Assembly (NCBI GenBank): GCA_040388415.1 | Contig: JAZKBV010000001.1 | Span: 74,369 to 138,368 of the forward strand | Origin: Patescibacteria group bacterium | GTDB lineage: Bacteria > Patescibacteriota > Minisyncoccia > Phycocordibacterales > PALSA-1337 | DNA: 64,000 nucleotides | Reading direction: 5' to 3' | In this document: in pieces, positions 29,031 to 38,552 of the stretch | Layout: each line of letters begins with the position of its first letter | Position numbering within the stretch: position 1 is the stretch's first letter | Program-made: the position numbers and the translations under genes | Notes under the pieces: generated by a model | What the model was told of the DNA's origin: nothing | The model's database searches: none | What the model saw: the letters and a program-made list of their open reading frames with translations, nothing else

Positions 29031-29264
29031 CTAGATACCTAGCGCTGTCTTGATGCGTGACTCATCGAAACCAACGATGACTTCACTACCAATATCGATA
29101 ACAGGCACGCCCATCTGACCAGTCTTGTCGATCATCTCGCGGCGCTTTTCGAGGTCAGTAGCAACGTTATGCTCTACGTACGACACATTGTTTGCCTTAA
29201 AGAATGATTTTGCCATATTGCAATACGTGCACGTTGGTGTTGAATATATTACGACGTTTTTCAT
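29031..29264 (-). CDS. glutaredoxin / NrdH-like redoxin
   Basis: 77 aa. 'VVIYSTPTCTYCNMAKSF' CxxC in a thioredoxin-fold context, 'GVPVI'. Confidence 0.7.
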   Translation of the reverse strand: MKNVVIYSTPTCTYCNMAKSFFKANNVSYVEHNVATDLEKRREMIDKTGQMGVPVIDIGSEVIVGFDESRIKTALGI

Positions 29265-29370
29265 ATTAAAATTGCTTATTAGATAATAATACTGCTTCGA
29301 GCAGAGGTTCTATTGGACTTTCAGTATATCATAATTCTTCCCGTGGTATAATAGTCTACAATCCACCCTT

Positions 29371-30648
29371 ATGCACTACAGCTCCGTTCTTCATTTTTTT
29401 GCTTCATTTTCCAGTAATCTCAATGAGATAATAGTGGTTGGCGGCTATCCCATTATATTTTTGACTGTTATTCTTGAAGGTTTGCCGTTGATCGGTACTA
29501 TCGTTCCAGGCCATGTTGCTATCATTGTCGGTGGCTTTTTGGCTCATAGCGGTATCATGAATGTATGGTGGGTAGTGGCCGTTTCTATGGTCGCTGCTAT
29601 ACTCGGAGATGCATTTGGCTTTTATCTCGGGCGGCGCTACGGTATCGGACTTATCGACAAGTTCAAGCGCTATTTTTTCATTCGTGATGAACATATCAAA
29701 AAGGCACAAAACCTCCTTTTGAAGCATACCGGCAAAGCGATGATCCTCGGTCGCTTGAGTCCGATGACGCGCGCGCTCATGCCATTTCTTGTCGGTATTG
29801 GAAAGACGTCTCATACGAAGTTTTGGGTTTTCAATTTTGTCGGTGCAGTCATCTGGGTCGGGTCGTCAGTGATCCTCGGCTACGGCTTTAGTTTTGGTTT
29901 CCATGCCGCAGCAGGTTATTTCGGTAAAGCGGTTGTCGTTGCGATTATTCTTTCTGGTCTTATCATTTGGGGGTATAGGTTCGTGAACGTTCGTTTTCAT
30001 ATTTTCCGACGCTATGAGCTCTTTGCACTCATCATCAATGTCTTATCGATTACCATCCTTGCACTCATGGTGCGCGATGCATGGTCGGCAACATCATTTA
30101 TGACAAACTTTGATATTTATATAAATGGATTTATGAATACAAATGTTGATTCAAACATGATTGCTATTGCTCAGTTTGTCAGCACGATCGGTGGCGTCAT
30201 GGTGCCTGTTACTCTCGGTCTTATTATCGGAGGCATTTTCCTTGTTATGCGCCGTTGGCGTTCAGCGACAATCATGATCTTGTCGATCGTCTCAGCGATG
30301 GCAGCGTTCAGTTTTTTGAAAGAGTTTTTCTTGCGCGCTCGTCCCGACAATGCACTCATCCTTCTCACTGATCCAAGTTTTCCATCTGGTCACGCTACTA
30401 TGGCTGCCACCTTCTTCTTTATATGTACCTACCTCTTTGCGCCAAAGATAAAATACTGGGTATGGCGCGAATCATTCATTGTTGTTTGCGCGCTTGCCAC
30501 TATCGCTATTGGACTCAGTCGTCTCGTCCTCAATGTTCACTGGGTATCTGATGTCGTTGGCGGTTGGGCGCTTGGTTTATTCTGTGCCACAGCATCTATC
30601 ATCCTTGTGCGTTATGCAGGTGAGCTGGTGAAGGGAAGGAGGTTGTAG
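29371..30648 (+). CDS. fusion membrane protein: N-terminal DedA/VTT domain plus C-terminal PAP2 (type 2 phosphatidic-acid/undecaprenyl-PP phosphatase) domain
   Basis: DedA core 'FLTVILEGLPLIGTIVPGHVAIIVGGF'. PAP2 motifs KX6RP ('KEFFLRARP'), 'PSGH', 'SRLVLNVHWVSD'. Confidence 0.7.
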   Translation: MHYSSVLHFFASFSSNLNEIIVVGGYPIIFLTVILEGLPLIGTIVPGHVAIIVGGFLAHSGIMNVWWVVAVSMVAAILGDAFGFYLGRRYGIGLIDKFKRYFFIRDEHIKKAQNLLLKHTGKAMILGRLSPMTRALMPFLVGIGKTSHTKFWVFNFVGAVIWVGSSVILGYGFSFGFHAAAGYFGKAVVVAIILSGLIIWGYRFVNVRFHIFRRYELFALIINVLSITILALMVRDAWSATSFMTNFDIYINGFMNTNVDSNMIAIAQFVSTIGGVMVPVTLGLIIGGIFLVMRRWRSATIMILSIVSAMAAFSFLKEFFLRARPDNALILLTDPSFPSGHATMAATFFFICTYLFAPKIKYWVWRESFIVVCALATIAIGLSRLVLNVHWVSDVVGGWALGLFCATASIILVRYAGELVKGRRL

Positions 30649-30695
30649 GGTTTCGTGTAAAACTTTATCGTTTCTTTATTAAAACTTGAGTGATC

Positions 30696-30712
30696 CTTGA
30701 GAACTTTTTGAT
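30696..30712 (+). repeat. 17-nt intergenic motif CTTGAGAACTTTTTGAT (copy 1 of 2; second copy at 60334-60350)
   Basis: Exact 17-mer shared between two intergenic regions. Similarity continues about 30 nt downstream (GCTgG..GAT(a)TTATTT). Confidence 0.5.
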
Positions 30713-30768
30713 AAGAATTTTATCGCTGGCTGATATTATTTTTACGTGGAAGAAAATTTTCTTCCCGT

Positions 30769-30838
30769 GGGGCAGGAAGTGGTCTTCCTTCAACATTTTA
30801 CCAGTGTTGTAGTGGGGGTTCGATTCCCCTCTGCTCCA
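30769..30838 (+). ncRNA. tRNA-like element / probable tRNA pseudogene (Ala-type G3:U70 acceptor, canonical T-arm, UAC-like anticodon loop, aberrant D-arm)
   Basis: 5' GGGGCAG pairs with 3' CTGCTCC plus discriminator A. T-arm GGGGG-TTCGATT-CCCCT. Candidate anticodon stem AACAT/GTGTT with loop TTTACCA. D region is only a GGAAG-TGGT-CTTCC hairpin. Preceded by perfect palindrome GGAAGAAAATTTTCTTCC (30748-30765). Confidence 0.4.
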
Positions 30839-30937
30839 CACAAGTTGGAAAGATACTTGACTTTAATATGTAATAAATTACAATATTTACTGTCGAGTTA
30901 TCTCGACTGGTGGAGCACACAACGTTCACTGGTAACA

Positions 30938-30961
30938 CAAAAGCCCTGCAAGGGGCTTTTG
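30938..30961. terminator. bidirectional terminator hairpin (shared with gpmI 3' end)
   Basis: AAAAGCCC-tgcaa-GGGGCTTTT. Confidence 0.5.
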
Positions 30962-31002
30962 TGTTTATAGATGTACGTCTCTTATTTTTTTGACTAAATT
31001 TA

Positions 31003-32538
31003 CTATTTCAGAAGTGAACCGCCCGTCATCTTTTCAGGTTTGCTGATACCCATGAGTGCCAAGATAGTCGGAGCGACGTCAGAGAGTCCGCCATCTTTCA
31101 ATGTGTAGTCGTGTGAAGTGAGGATACAAGGCACCGGACTGGTCGTATGTGAAGTATGTTTTGTGCCGGTGATAGGATCGATATTGATCTCAGCATTGCC
31201 GTGGTCGGCGATAATGATAGCTGAGCCGCCTTTTTCTGTGAGGGCAGTGATGACACGTTTGAGCTGTTCGTCAACTGTTTGGATAGCGGTGATGATAGCT
31301 GGTACGTTGGCGGTGTGGCCGACCATGTCAGGGTTAGCGAAGTTGATGAATATAAAAGGTGTGCCATTGCTAATCTCTATTATTGCTGCCGCAGCGATAG
31401 CTTCTGCACGCATCTCAGGCGCTTGATCATGGGTCTTGACGTCTTTACGGCTTGGCAACATGATGTCACGTTCGCCAGTATAAGGAGCTTCGCGTCCACC
31501 GTTCAAAAAGTATGTGGCATGAGCGAATTTTTCTGTCTCAGCGATGTGAGCTTGTTCATATCCAGCAGCTGCGATCTCCTGACCGAGAGTAGTCTCAACT
31601 TTGGTTGAAGGGAAGACGATTTCACAGGCAAAATCAGTCGAATAGACGGTGAGGGTGACGAACAAAATATTATCTATCTTTGCTCGAGAGATGAGTTTCT
31701 CTGAGAGCATGCGTGCGCGATCAGCACGGAAGTTAAAGAAGAATACGGCGTCATTCTTTTCGATAGCACAACCAGTGCCTTCTGGTGTGGCACAGACGGT
31801 TGGTTCGAGGAGCTCATCGTTCTTGCCGGCTTTGTACTGCTCGTCGAGGTATGCTGATGGTTTGATGTCACAGACATTGCCCGTGCATTCAAAGAGGGCT
31901 TTTTCGACGTGAGCGAGACGGTCCCAGTTGTGGTCACGGTCCATAGCGTAGTAACGGCCAGAGATGGTGGCAACAAAAAATCGTGGCTGTGCAAATGCTT
32001 TGCCTGTTACTTCATCAATGTTGAGCTCAGCAAGAACCGCTTCAAGTGTTCTCAAGTATTCTGATGCGCTTTGTGGGGGAGTGTCACGACCATCGGTAAA
32101 GACGTGGATAGCTACTTTCGGCACATTGTTCTTTTTGGCGATTTTGAGGAAAGCAAAAAGGTGTTCTTGATGACTGTGAACGCCACCAGGGGAGACAAGG
32201 CCTTGGACATGGAGGGTAGAATCATGCTTTTTGACGTGGGTAAAGAGGCTCTGGATAGAAGGGCTCTGTTCAAATGATCCATCACCGATAGCTTTGTCGA
32301 TGCGGACGAGGTCAGTGTCGATGATAGCGCCAGCGCCAATGGTGGTATGACCGACCTCGCTGTTGCCCATCTGGCCTTCAGGGAGACCGACGGCATCGCC
32401 CGAGGCCTTCAAAAGTGAGTGAGGATAGGTATTCCAGATAAGGTCAAAGAAAGGCTTCTTTGAAGCGAGAATAGCGTTATCTTTTGTCTCTTCGCGGTAG
32501 CCCCAACCGTCGAGGACAATGAGCATGGTTGTTTTCAT
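31003..32538 (-). CDS. gpmI: 2,3-bisphosphoglycerate-independent phosphoglycerate mutase
   Basis: 'MLIVLDGWGYRE', 'GNSEVGHTTIGAG', 'ADHGN' are hallmarks of iPGM. Confidence 0.9.
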   Translation of the reverse strand: MKTTMLIVLDGWGYREETKDNAILASKKPFFDLIWNTYPHSLLKASGDAVGLPEGQMGNSEVGHTTIGAGAIIDTDLVRIDKAIGDGSFEQSPSIQSLFTHVKKHDSTLHVQGLVSPGGVHSHQEHLFAFLKIAKKNNVPKVAIHVFTDGRDTPPQSASEYLRTLEAVLAELNIDEVTGKAFAQPRFFVATISGRYYAMDRDHNWDRLAHVEKALFECTGNVCDIKPSAYLDEQYKAGKNDELLEPTVCATPEGTGCAIEKNDAVFFFNFRADRARMLSEKLISRAKIDNILFVTLTVYSTDFACEIVFPSTKVETTLGQEIAAAGYEQAHIAETEKFAHATYFLNGGREAPYTGERDIMLPSRKDVKTHDQAPEMRAEAIAAAAIIEISNGTPFIFINFANPDMVGHTANVPAIITAIQTVDEQLKRVITALTEKGGSAIIIADHGNAEINIDPITGTKHTSHTTSPVPCILTSHDYTLKDGGLSDVAPTILALMGISKPEKMTGGSLLK

Positions 32539-32559
32539 AGGGCGTTATTGTATCATATG

Positions 32560-32588
32560 CACAAAATCCCCGTATAGGGGATTTTGTG
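32560..32588. promoter_or_regulatory. perfect 12-bp inverted repeat CACAAAATCCCC-gtata-GGGGATTTTGTG, 22 nt upstream of gpmI start
   Basis: Perfect palindrome in the gpmI 5' region. Candidate operator or leader hairpin. Confidence 0.35.
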
Positions 32589-32905
32589 CCATAGGGTAGG
32601 CTACTCATTTCATTGATTAGGGTAAGAATTCCAAAAATGCAATGTGGTGTCCTAATTGCCAGCGTAGCCGGCATATTTTGTATGGACCCTAAAAATATGA
32701 GTTAAGGATCTTCCCGTATTTCGTGAGATGGTAACCTAGTTCTAATTTTGAACCTAAATTGACAAAAGTCAATAATCAGTACGTGAATAAACCTGTGGGC
32801 ATCCTGTGGAAAAGTGCCATTTTTCTGGGGATAGTGCAGTGCGCCACGCGAAGAGGAAATAGTAAACAACGGCCACTATTTCACTGTTCAAACTCACCAC
32901 TCAAA

Positions 32906-34279
<1,374 letters not shown>

Positions 34280-34324
34280 TCAAAAATTCCATAGAAGGGA
34301 AAAGTGTGGTACTTTAAATTCATC

Positions 34325-34699
34325 ATGATAAAAGAAAAAGCCCTCGAACTATTGAATACATACGGAAAAGCATGGGTGACTCAAAATCCAGATTTGATTG
34401 CGACTATTTTTACTGAAGATGCGACTTATAATGACCCGCATGAACCTGAGAATATTGGTCGCGAAGCCATTCGAGCATATTGGGTCAGTAAAGTTGTTGG
34501 TGAACAAAAGGATATTTCATTCAAGCTGTTGAATTACTGGGTGACTGAAAATGAAGTTATTGCTGAATGGTATGCTGAGTTTACTGATATAAAAAGAAAT
34601 TTGAAGATCCAAATGACCGAAGTGGCTATTTTTAAAGTAAAAGGAGATAAGTTTGGTGCACTGAGGGAATATTATAAGACAGTAAAGACTCCTTTGTAG
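34325..34699 (+). CDS. NTF2-like / SnoaL-like domain protein
   Basis: Start set at MIKEKALELL. 'FTEDATYNDPHEPENIGREAIRAYW' is the typical SnoaL-like N-terminal pattern. Confidence 0.45.
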   Translation: MIKEKALELLNTYGKAWVTQNPDLIATIFTEDATYNDPHEPENIGREAIRAYWVSKVVGEQKDISFKLLNYWVTENEVIAEWYAEFTDIKRNLKIQMTEVAIFKVKGDKFGALREYYKTVKTPL

Positions 34700-34711
34700 T
34701 ATAAATAATGA

Positions 34712-34744
34712 AAACTGACACTTTACTTAAGTAAGTGTCAGTTT
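34712..34744. terminator. perfect 10-bp hairpin AAACTGACAC-13nt-GTGTCAGTTT in convergent intergenic region
   Basis: Perfect inverted repeat immediately after the stop of the 34325 gene. Confidence 0.4.
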
Positions 34745-34782
34745 AGATCTGATGTCGAGCTAGGCATTGTTTGTCGGTACAG

Positions 34783-34818
34783 TTGCAAAAGTGACAAGAA
34801 AAGTTGTCACTTTTGCAA
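34783..34818. terminator. perfect 15-bp inverted repeat TTGCAAAAGTGACAA-gaaaag-TTGTCACTTTTGCAA
   Basis: Perfect 15-bp arms. A third CTGAG/CTCAG hairpin follows at 34820-34847. Confidence 0.4.
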
Positions 34819-34872
34819 CCTGAGTAAAAAACCACCCGATTGCTCAGGTGGCTGTTGAATTAAGAGACATTT

Positions 34873-35439
34873 TCATGTCGGGCTTGGGGCGGGGACAAGT
34901 CCGCCGGGCTTCGGTAGAGCTTCTTTCAGCTTGTTGCCAATGGAGCGGAGCATCTCGCCGATTTTTCCTTTCCGCGGAGGAAGGGGAGTGCAGGCGATGA
35001 AATATAGGTAAGCAGTAAAGCTCCATACATGCATTGATGTTAGTGGTACACTACGGATAGTTTTCACCGGTGCATCGAGAAACAGTAATAGCAACAGCAA
35101 CAATAGCATATTAAGCGATATAATAAGATAAAATAGTCTTATAAACTTAAATACTAGAATGCTTCGCATAAAATTCAATGCTAGTGACTCCTTGCCGTTA
35201 TTTTCACGTTCATACTGTCTTTTTAGAGCACGAGTGGCGGTCACGCCGAGAAATCCTATTACGACTGAGGTAAAATAGGAACGCGTGCTACCTGTAAGTG
35301 CACCTAAACAGCAAATTGATAATGCTGCTATAAGGATGACGTGTAATCCTAAATAGAAGTTATCCTTGCCAGTCATGCGCTGAAACCAATGGGCGAACGG
35401 CTGAAAGATGTAGTCAAAGAGCACATCGTCAATTTTCAT
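34873..35439 (-). CDS. membrane protein, unknown function
   Basis: 188 aa, 3-4 TM, poly-Leu segment. Confidence 0.35.
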   Translation of the reverse strand: MKIDDVLFDYIFQPFAHWFQRMTGKDNFYLGLHVILIAALSICCLGALTGSTRSYFTSVVIGFLGVTATRALKRQYERENNGKESLALNFMRSILVFKFIRLFYLIISLNMLLLLLLLLFLDAPVKTIRSVPLTSMHVWSFTAYLYFIACTPLPPRKGKIGEMLRSIGNKLKEALPKPGGLVPAPSPT

Positions 35440-35574
35440 ATCGATCCTTTTGTTGGGTTAAATTGTTCTCAAAAAGAGTACGCTTAATTACTCATCTTGT
35501 CAATTTCTGGAATAGTCATGCAAAAGAAAAGCCCCGACCAGAATTCCAGTCGGGGCTTTGGTGAAATGAATGCT

Positions 35575-35973
35575 TTAATCCCACACGTTGCATTTGAGCG
35601 TTCCATTGGGGTCACGTTGAACTGCACGTTTGGCCTTGCAGCCGCATTTGCAGTTGATCCGTTGCTCGTTGAGCCCGTTGAACCACGCGTGTTCAGTCAT
35701 TGGGGTCAGCTGGCCACAGTTGGGACATTTGACTGTGGTAACTGGTTTTGCGTGCTGCTGTTTTTTGATGTTGGTGTAGCCAAACCAGATTAAGGTGCCA
35801 ATCAATCCGAGGTATGCAATGGCACTCAGGGGGTGTGATTGAAAGGGTGAATATTCACCATTTAAGATTTGTAAACTTGCAAAACTTATAAGCATGCCCG
35901 CAAGAATGAAAGGCACGGTAACCGACAAGGAGTAGCCGATTGTATTTGCAACAGGATGTTTGTTTGTATTCAT
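35575..35973 (-). CDS. membrane protein with C-terminal Cys4 zinc-ribbon
   Basis: Two TM then 'CPNCGQ...CKCGC'. Confidence 0.4.
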   Translation of the reverse strand: MNTNKHPVANTIGYSLSVTVPFILAGMLISFASLQILNGEYSPFQSHPLSAIAYLGLIGTLIWFGYTNIKKQQHAKPVTTVKCPNCGQLTPMTEHAWFNGLNEQRINCKCGCKAKRAVQRDPNGTLKCNVWD

Positions 35974-36066
35974 AACGGTATTCAACTTTTTGGTTCAAGA
36001 TGTTTAATTAAATGATAACATATTTGCCCATTTTGTCAATGTCTGCTAGACTGTGAAATAACAACT

Positions 36067-36903
36067 ATGGATAAGAAATTCCCTCAAAAATTCAACAAAG
36101 CTCAAGGCATACCTATGGCGCCAGCAAAGCCTGATGCAGACACGTCATGGGGTAATGTTGCTGAGTGGTACGACGGCATGCTCGAGCAGTCTGCTGACTC
36201 ATATCAAAAGAAAGTCTTGATGCCAAATCTCGTGCGTATCATCGCTCCGAAGAAAGGCGCCACCATCCTCGAAAGTGCCTGCGGTCAGGGATATTTTGCG
36301 CGCGCTTTTGCGAGTCATGGAGCCACTGTTACTGGTGCCGATATCTCAAATGAGCTGGTAGAGCTTGCTCGAAAACATAAAGATAATAAAAAAGACGTTA
36401 TCTATCATACAGCACCTGCAGATCAACTTACATTTGCTAAAGATGCCTCATACGACGTCGTTGTTATCGTTCTTGCGCTCCAAAATATAGAGAACCTCGC
36501 AGCCACATTCTCTGAATGTTCACGCGTACTCAAAACTGGTGGGCGCATCGTCTTTGTCTTGAATCATCCTGCATTCCGTATCCCCGGACGTTCATCGTGG
36601 CAGTGGGATGAAAAAACAAATGCCCAGTATCGCCGTCTCGATGGCTATATGTCAGATACGAAAAATAAGATTGATATGACTCCGGGTACAGAGAAGGGCT
36701 TCATGAAGAAGTTCACCTATTCATTCCATAGACCTCTCCAGACATATGTAAAAACGCTCAGCAAAGCAGGTTTTGCCGTCACTCGTCTCGAAGAATGGAT
36801 CTCACATAAGGAGAGTCAACCGGGCCTCCGTGCTGATGAAGAAAATAGAATGAGAAAGGAGATGCCGATGTTTGCGTGTTTTGAGGCGGTGAAGTTGAAT
36901 TAA
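36067..36903 (+). CDS. class I SAM-dependent methyltransferase
   Basis: Motif I 'ILESACGQGYFARAF', motif II 'YDVVVIVLALQN'. Confidence 0.7.
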   Translation: MDKKFPQKFNKAQGIPMAPAKPDADTSWGNVAEWYDGMLEQSADSYQKKVLMPNLVRIIAPKKGATILESACGQGYFARAFASHGATVTGADISNELVELARKHKDNKKDVIYHTAPADQLTFAKDASYDVVVIVLALQNIENLAATFSECSRVLKTGGRIVFVLNHPAFRIPGRSSWQWDEKTNAQYRRLDGYMSDTKNKIDMTPGTEKGFMKKFTYSFHRPLQTYVKTLSKAGFAVTRLEEWISHKESQPGLRADEENRMRKEMPMFACFEAVKLN

Positions 36904-37277
36904 ATTATGTAGTGTCCAAAAATCAATATACCGACGATAAAAGCCGTTATTGCTGAGATAAGCACAGCGCCAGCGGCCACGTCCTTTGTATCCTTTGCGT
37001 ACGGATGATATTCAGGCGACGTGAGGTCTATGTCAATTTCAATTGCAGTATTAAAAGCTTCAGATACAAATACAAAACCGCTCGCAAAGACAAGCATTAT
37101 CCATTCAGTATTTGTTATTTGATAATAGAAACCTAAGACAAGAGCAATAATAAATAGTATCGCGTGAATCCATGCGTTATGGGTAGTTTGAAAAAATAAT
37201 TTTATGCCTCTGCCTGCATGTATGAAACTACGGGCTCTTTTAATTACTGAGAAGTTACTGTTTTTGTTATTTTCCAT
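36900..37277 (-). CDS. dgkA: diacylglycerol kinase / undecaprenol kinase (DgkA family)
   Basis: 125 aa, 3 TM. 'RSFIHAGRGIKLFFQTTHNAWIHA', 'SEAFNTAIE' typical of prokaryotic DAGK. Confidence 0.7.
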   Translation of the reverse strand: MENNKNSNFSVIKRARSFIHAGRGIKLFFQTTHNAWIHAILFIIALVLGFYYQITNTEWIMLVFASGFVFVSEAFNTAIEIDIDLTSPEYHPYAKDTKDVAAGAVLISAITAFIVGILIFGHYII

Positions 37278-37304
37278 ATTTTTGTTTACAGTTTATTGAT
37301 TACT

Positions 37305-38489
37305 TTAATTCGTATCTTTGATAGTCGCAATCGGAATCAATGCCAAAAGACAAATAATACCAACAACTATAAACATATACGACTGATCGGCCACATATGA
37401 AAGACTGATGATACCGATTAACGGTCCGGTAAAATATGATAATGGGCGAGTGATACGGAATATACCGAGCGCTGCGGCATCGCGTGGTGAAACGGTCTTG
37501 AAGAAATAAATCTCCATCATGATCTCTGCCATAGCAGCACCAACACGCGTCATGAGGAGGGCGATAGCCCAGAAAGCGATATTGTTCGTATGCAAGAATG
37601 AAAGTCCGATGGTTGATAGTCCCATGATGATGAAACCGGCAATCATGATTTCTTTTTCGCCGTATTTTTTGTCAGCAAGTTTGCCGAGCGGGAATTGGAT
37701 CACTACAAAAGGTATAAGCATGACGACGAGGATGATACCGATCTCGTCCCAGCTGAAGCCGATGACTTTATTTAAATAAATCGGACTATAGACGACCATC
37801 CACGCATAGAATGTCTGTAATATGAGGTTCGCGGCAAAGAGCTTGTCCCAGTTTTTGTTTTTTGATACATGCTTGATCAACTGCCACGGCGAGTAGTGCT
37901 GATAGTTCGGATCTTTGAAGCGAGGGAAATTTCTATAGACCAAATAAAAGAGCGGGATGAGCATGAATAAGCCGGCTACATACGTATTGTGGTAGTTGTT
38001 TGTACCATTGACGAGCATGCTACCAATGAGAGGAGCAATGACCCATGAAGCATTGAGTGCAGTGTTGTAGAGGCCACGCGTCGAACCCACATTCGTCGCA
38101 TCAGTATAGACTTCAAGGAAAATATCGAGATTAAGTCCGATCAGCGAGATGACTGCCGTTTGGAGGACGAAAAAGAGGGTGATCAAAAAAGGAGAAGTCG
38201 AGCTCAAGAGTCCATAGAACAGACATATCTGCGTCAAGATGAGCCACAGCGTGACCGAGTAGTTGCCGAGTCTGCGTATGATAGAGGGGATGATGAGAAA
38301 GCCGAAGATACTGATCGCGGCACCCATCATATATATGTATCCGACAGTTTGCTCATCAGCGAAGAGGCTCAAGAAGCTCGAGTTCGAGTACATCGGTATG
38401 ACTGTATGGAGCACATATATGAAACCGATGATGGCGATAGTGTAGACGGCATGACTGCGCGGGATGGGACGAGAATTTATAAGGTTCAT
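37305..38489 (-). CDS. MFS transporter
   Basis: 394 aa, 12 TM. Confidence 0.7.
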   Translation of the reverse strand: MNLINSRPIPRSHAVYTIAIIGFIYVLHTVIPMYSNSSFLSLFADEQTVGYIYMMGAAISIFGFLIIPSIIRRLGNYSVTLWLILTQICLFYGLLSSTSPFLITLFFVLQTAVISLIGLNLDIFLEVYTDATNVGSTRGLYNTALNASWVIAPLIGSMLVNGTNNYHNTYVAGLFMLIPLFYLVYRNFPRFKDPNYQHYSPWQLIKHVSKNKNWDKLFAANLILQTFYAWMVVYSPIYLNKVIGFSWDEIGIILVVMLIPFVVIQFPLGKLADKKYGEKEIMIAGFIIMGLSTIGLSFLHTNNIAFWAIALLMTRVGAAMAEIMMEIYFFKTVSPRDAAALGIFRITRPLSYFTGPLIGIISLSYVADQSYMFIVVGIICLLALIPIATIKDTN

Positions 38490-38552
38490 GACACAAGTTT
38501 AACTCGAAAAAGTAAACTAGGCTACGGTGGATATTACAGGTATACTTCTCTC

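Noticed and set aside
30769-30838. tmRNA (ssrA) suggested by the GGGGCAG…CTGCTCCA Ala-type acceptor
   Set aside because: The 5' and 3' acceptor strands are only about 56 nt apart, so there is no room for a tag-peptide reading frame or pseudoknots. I treat it as a tRNA-like element or pseudogene instead.
38160-38552. N-terminal 130 codons of the listed 745-aa dnaG ORF
   Set aside because: This stretch overlaps the convergent MFS transporter gene. The DnaG zinc-finger begins just after the internal Met at 38553, so the start was moved there.
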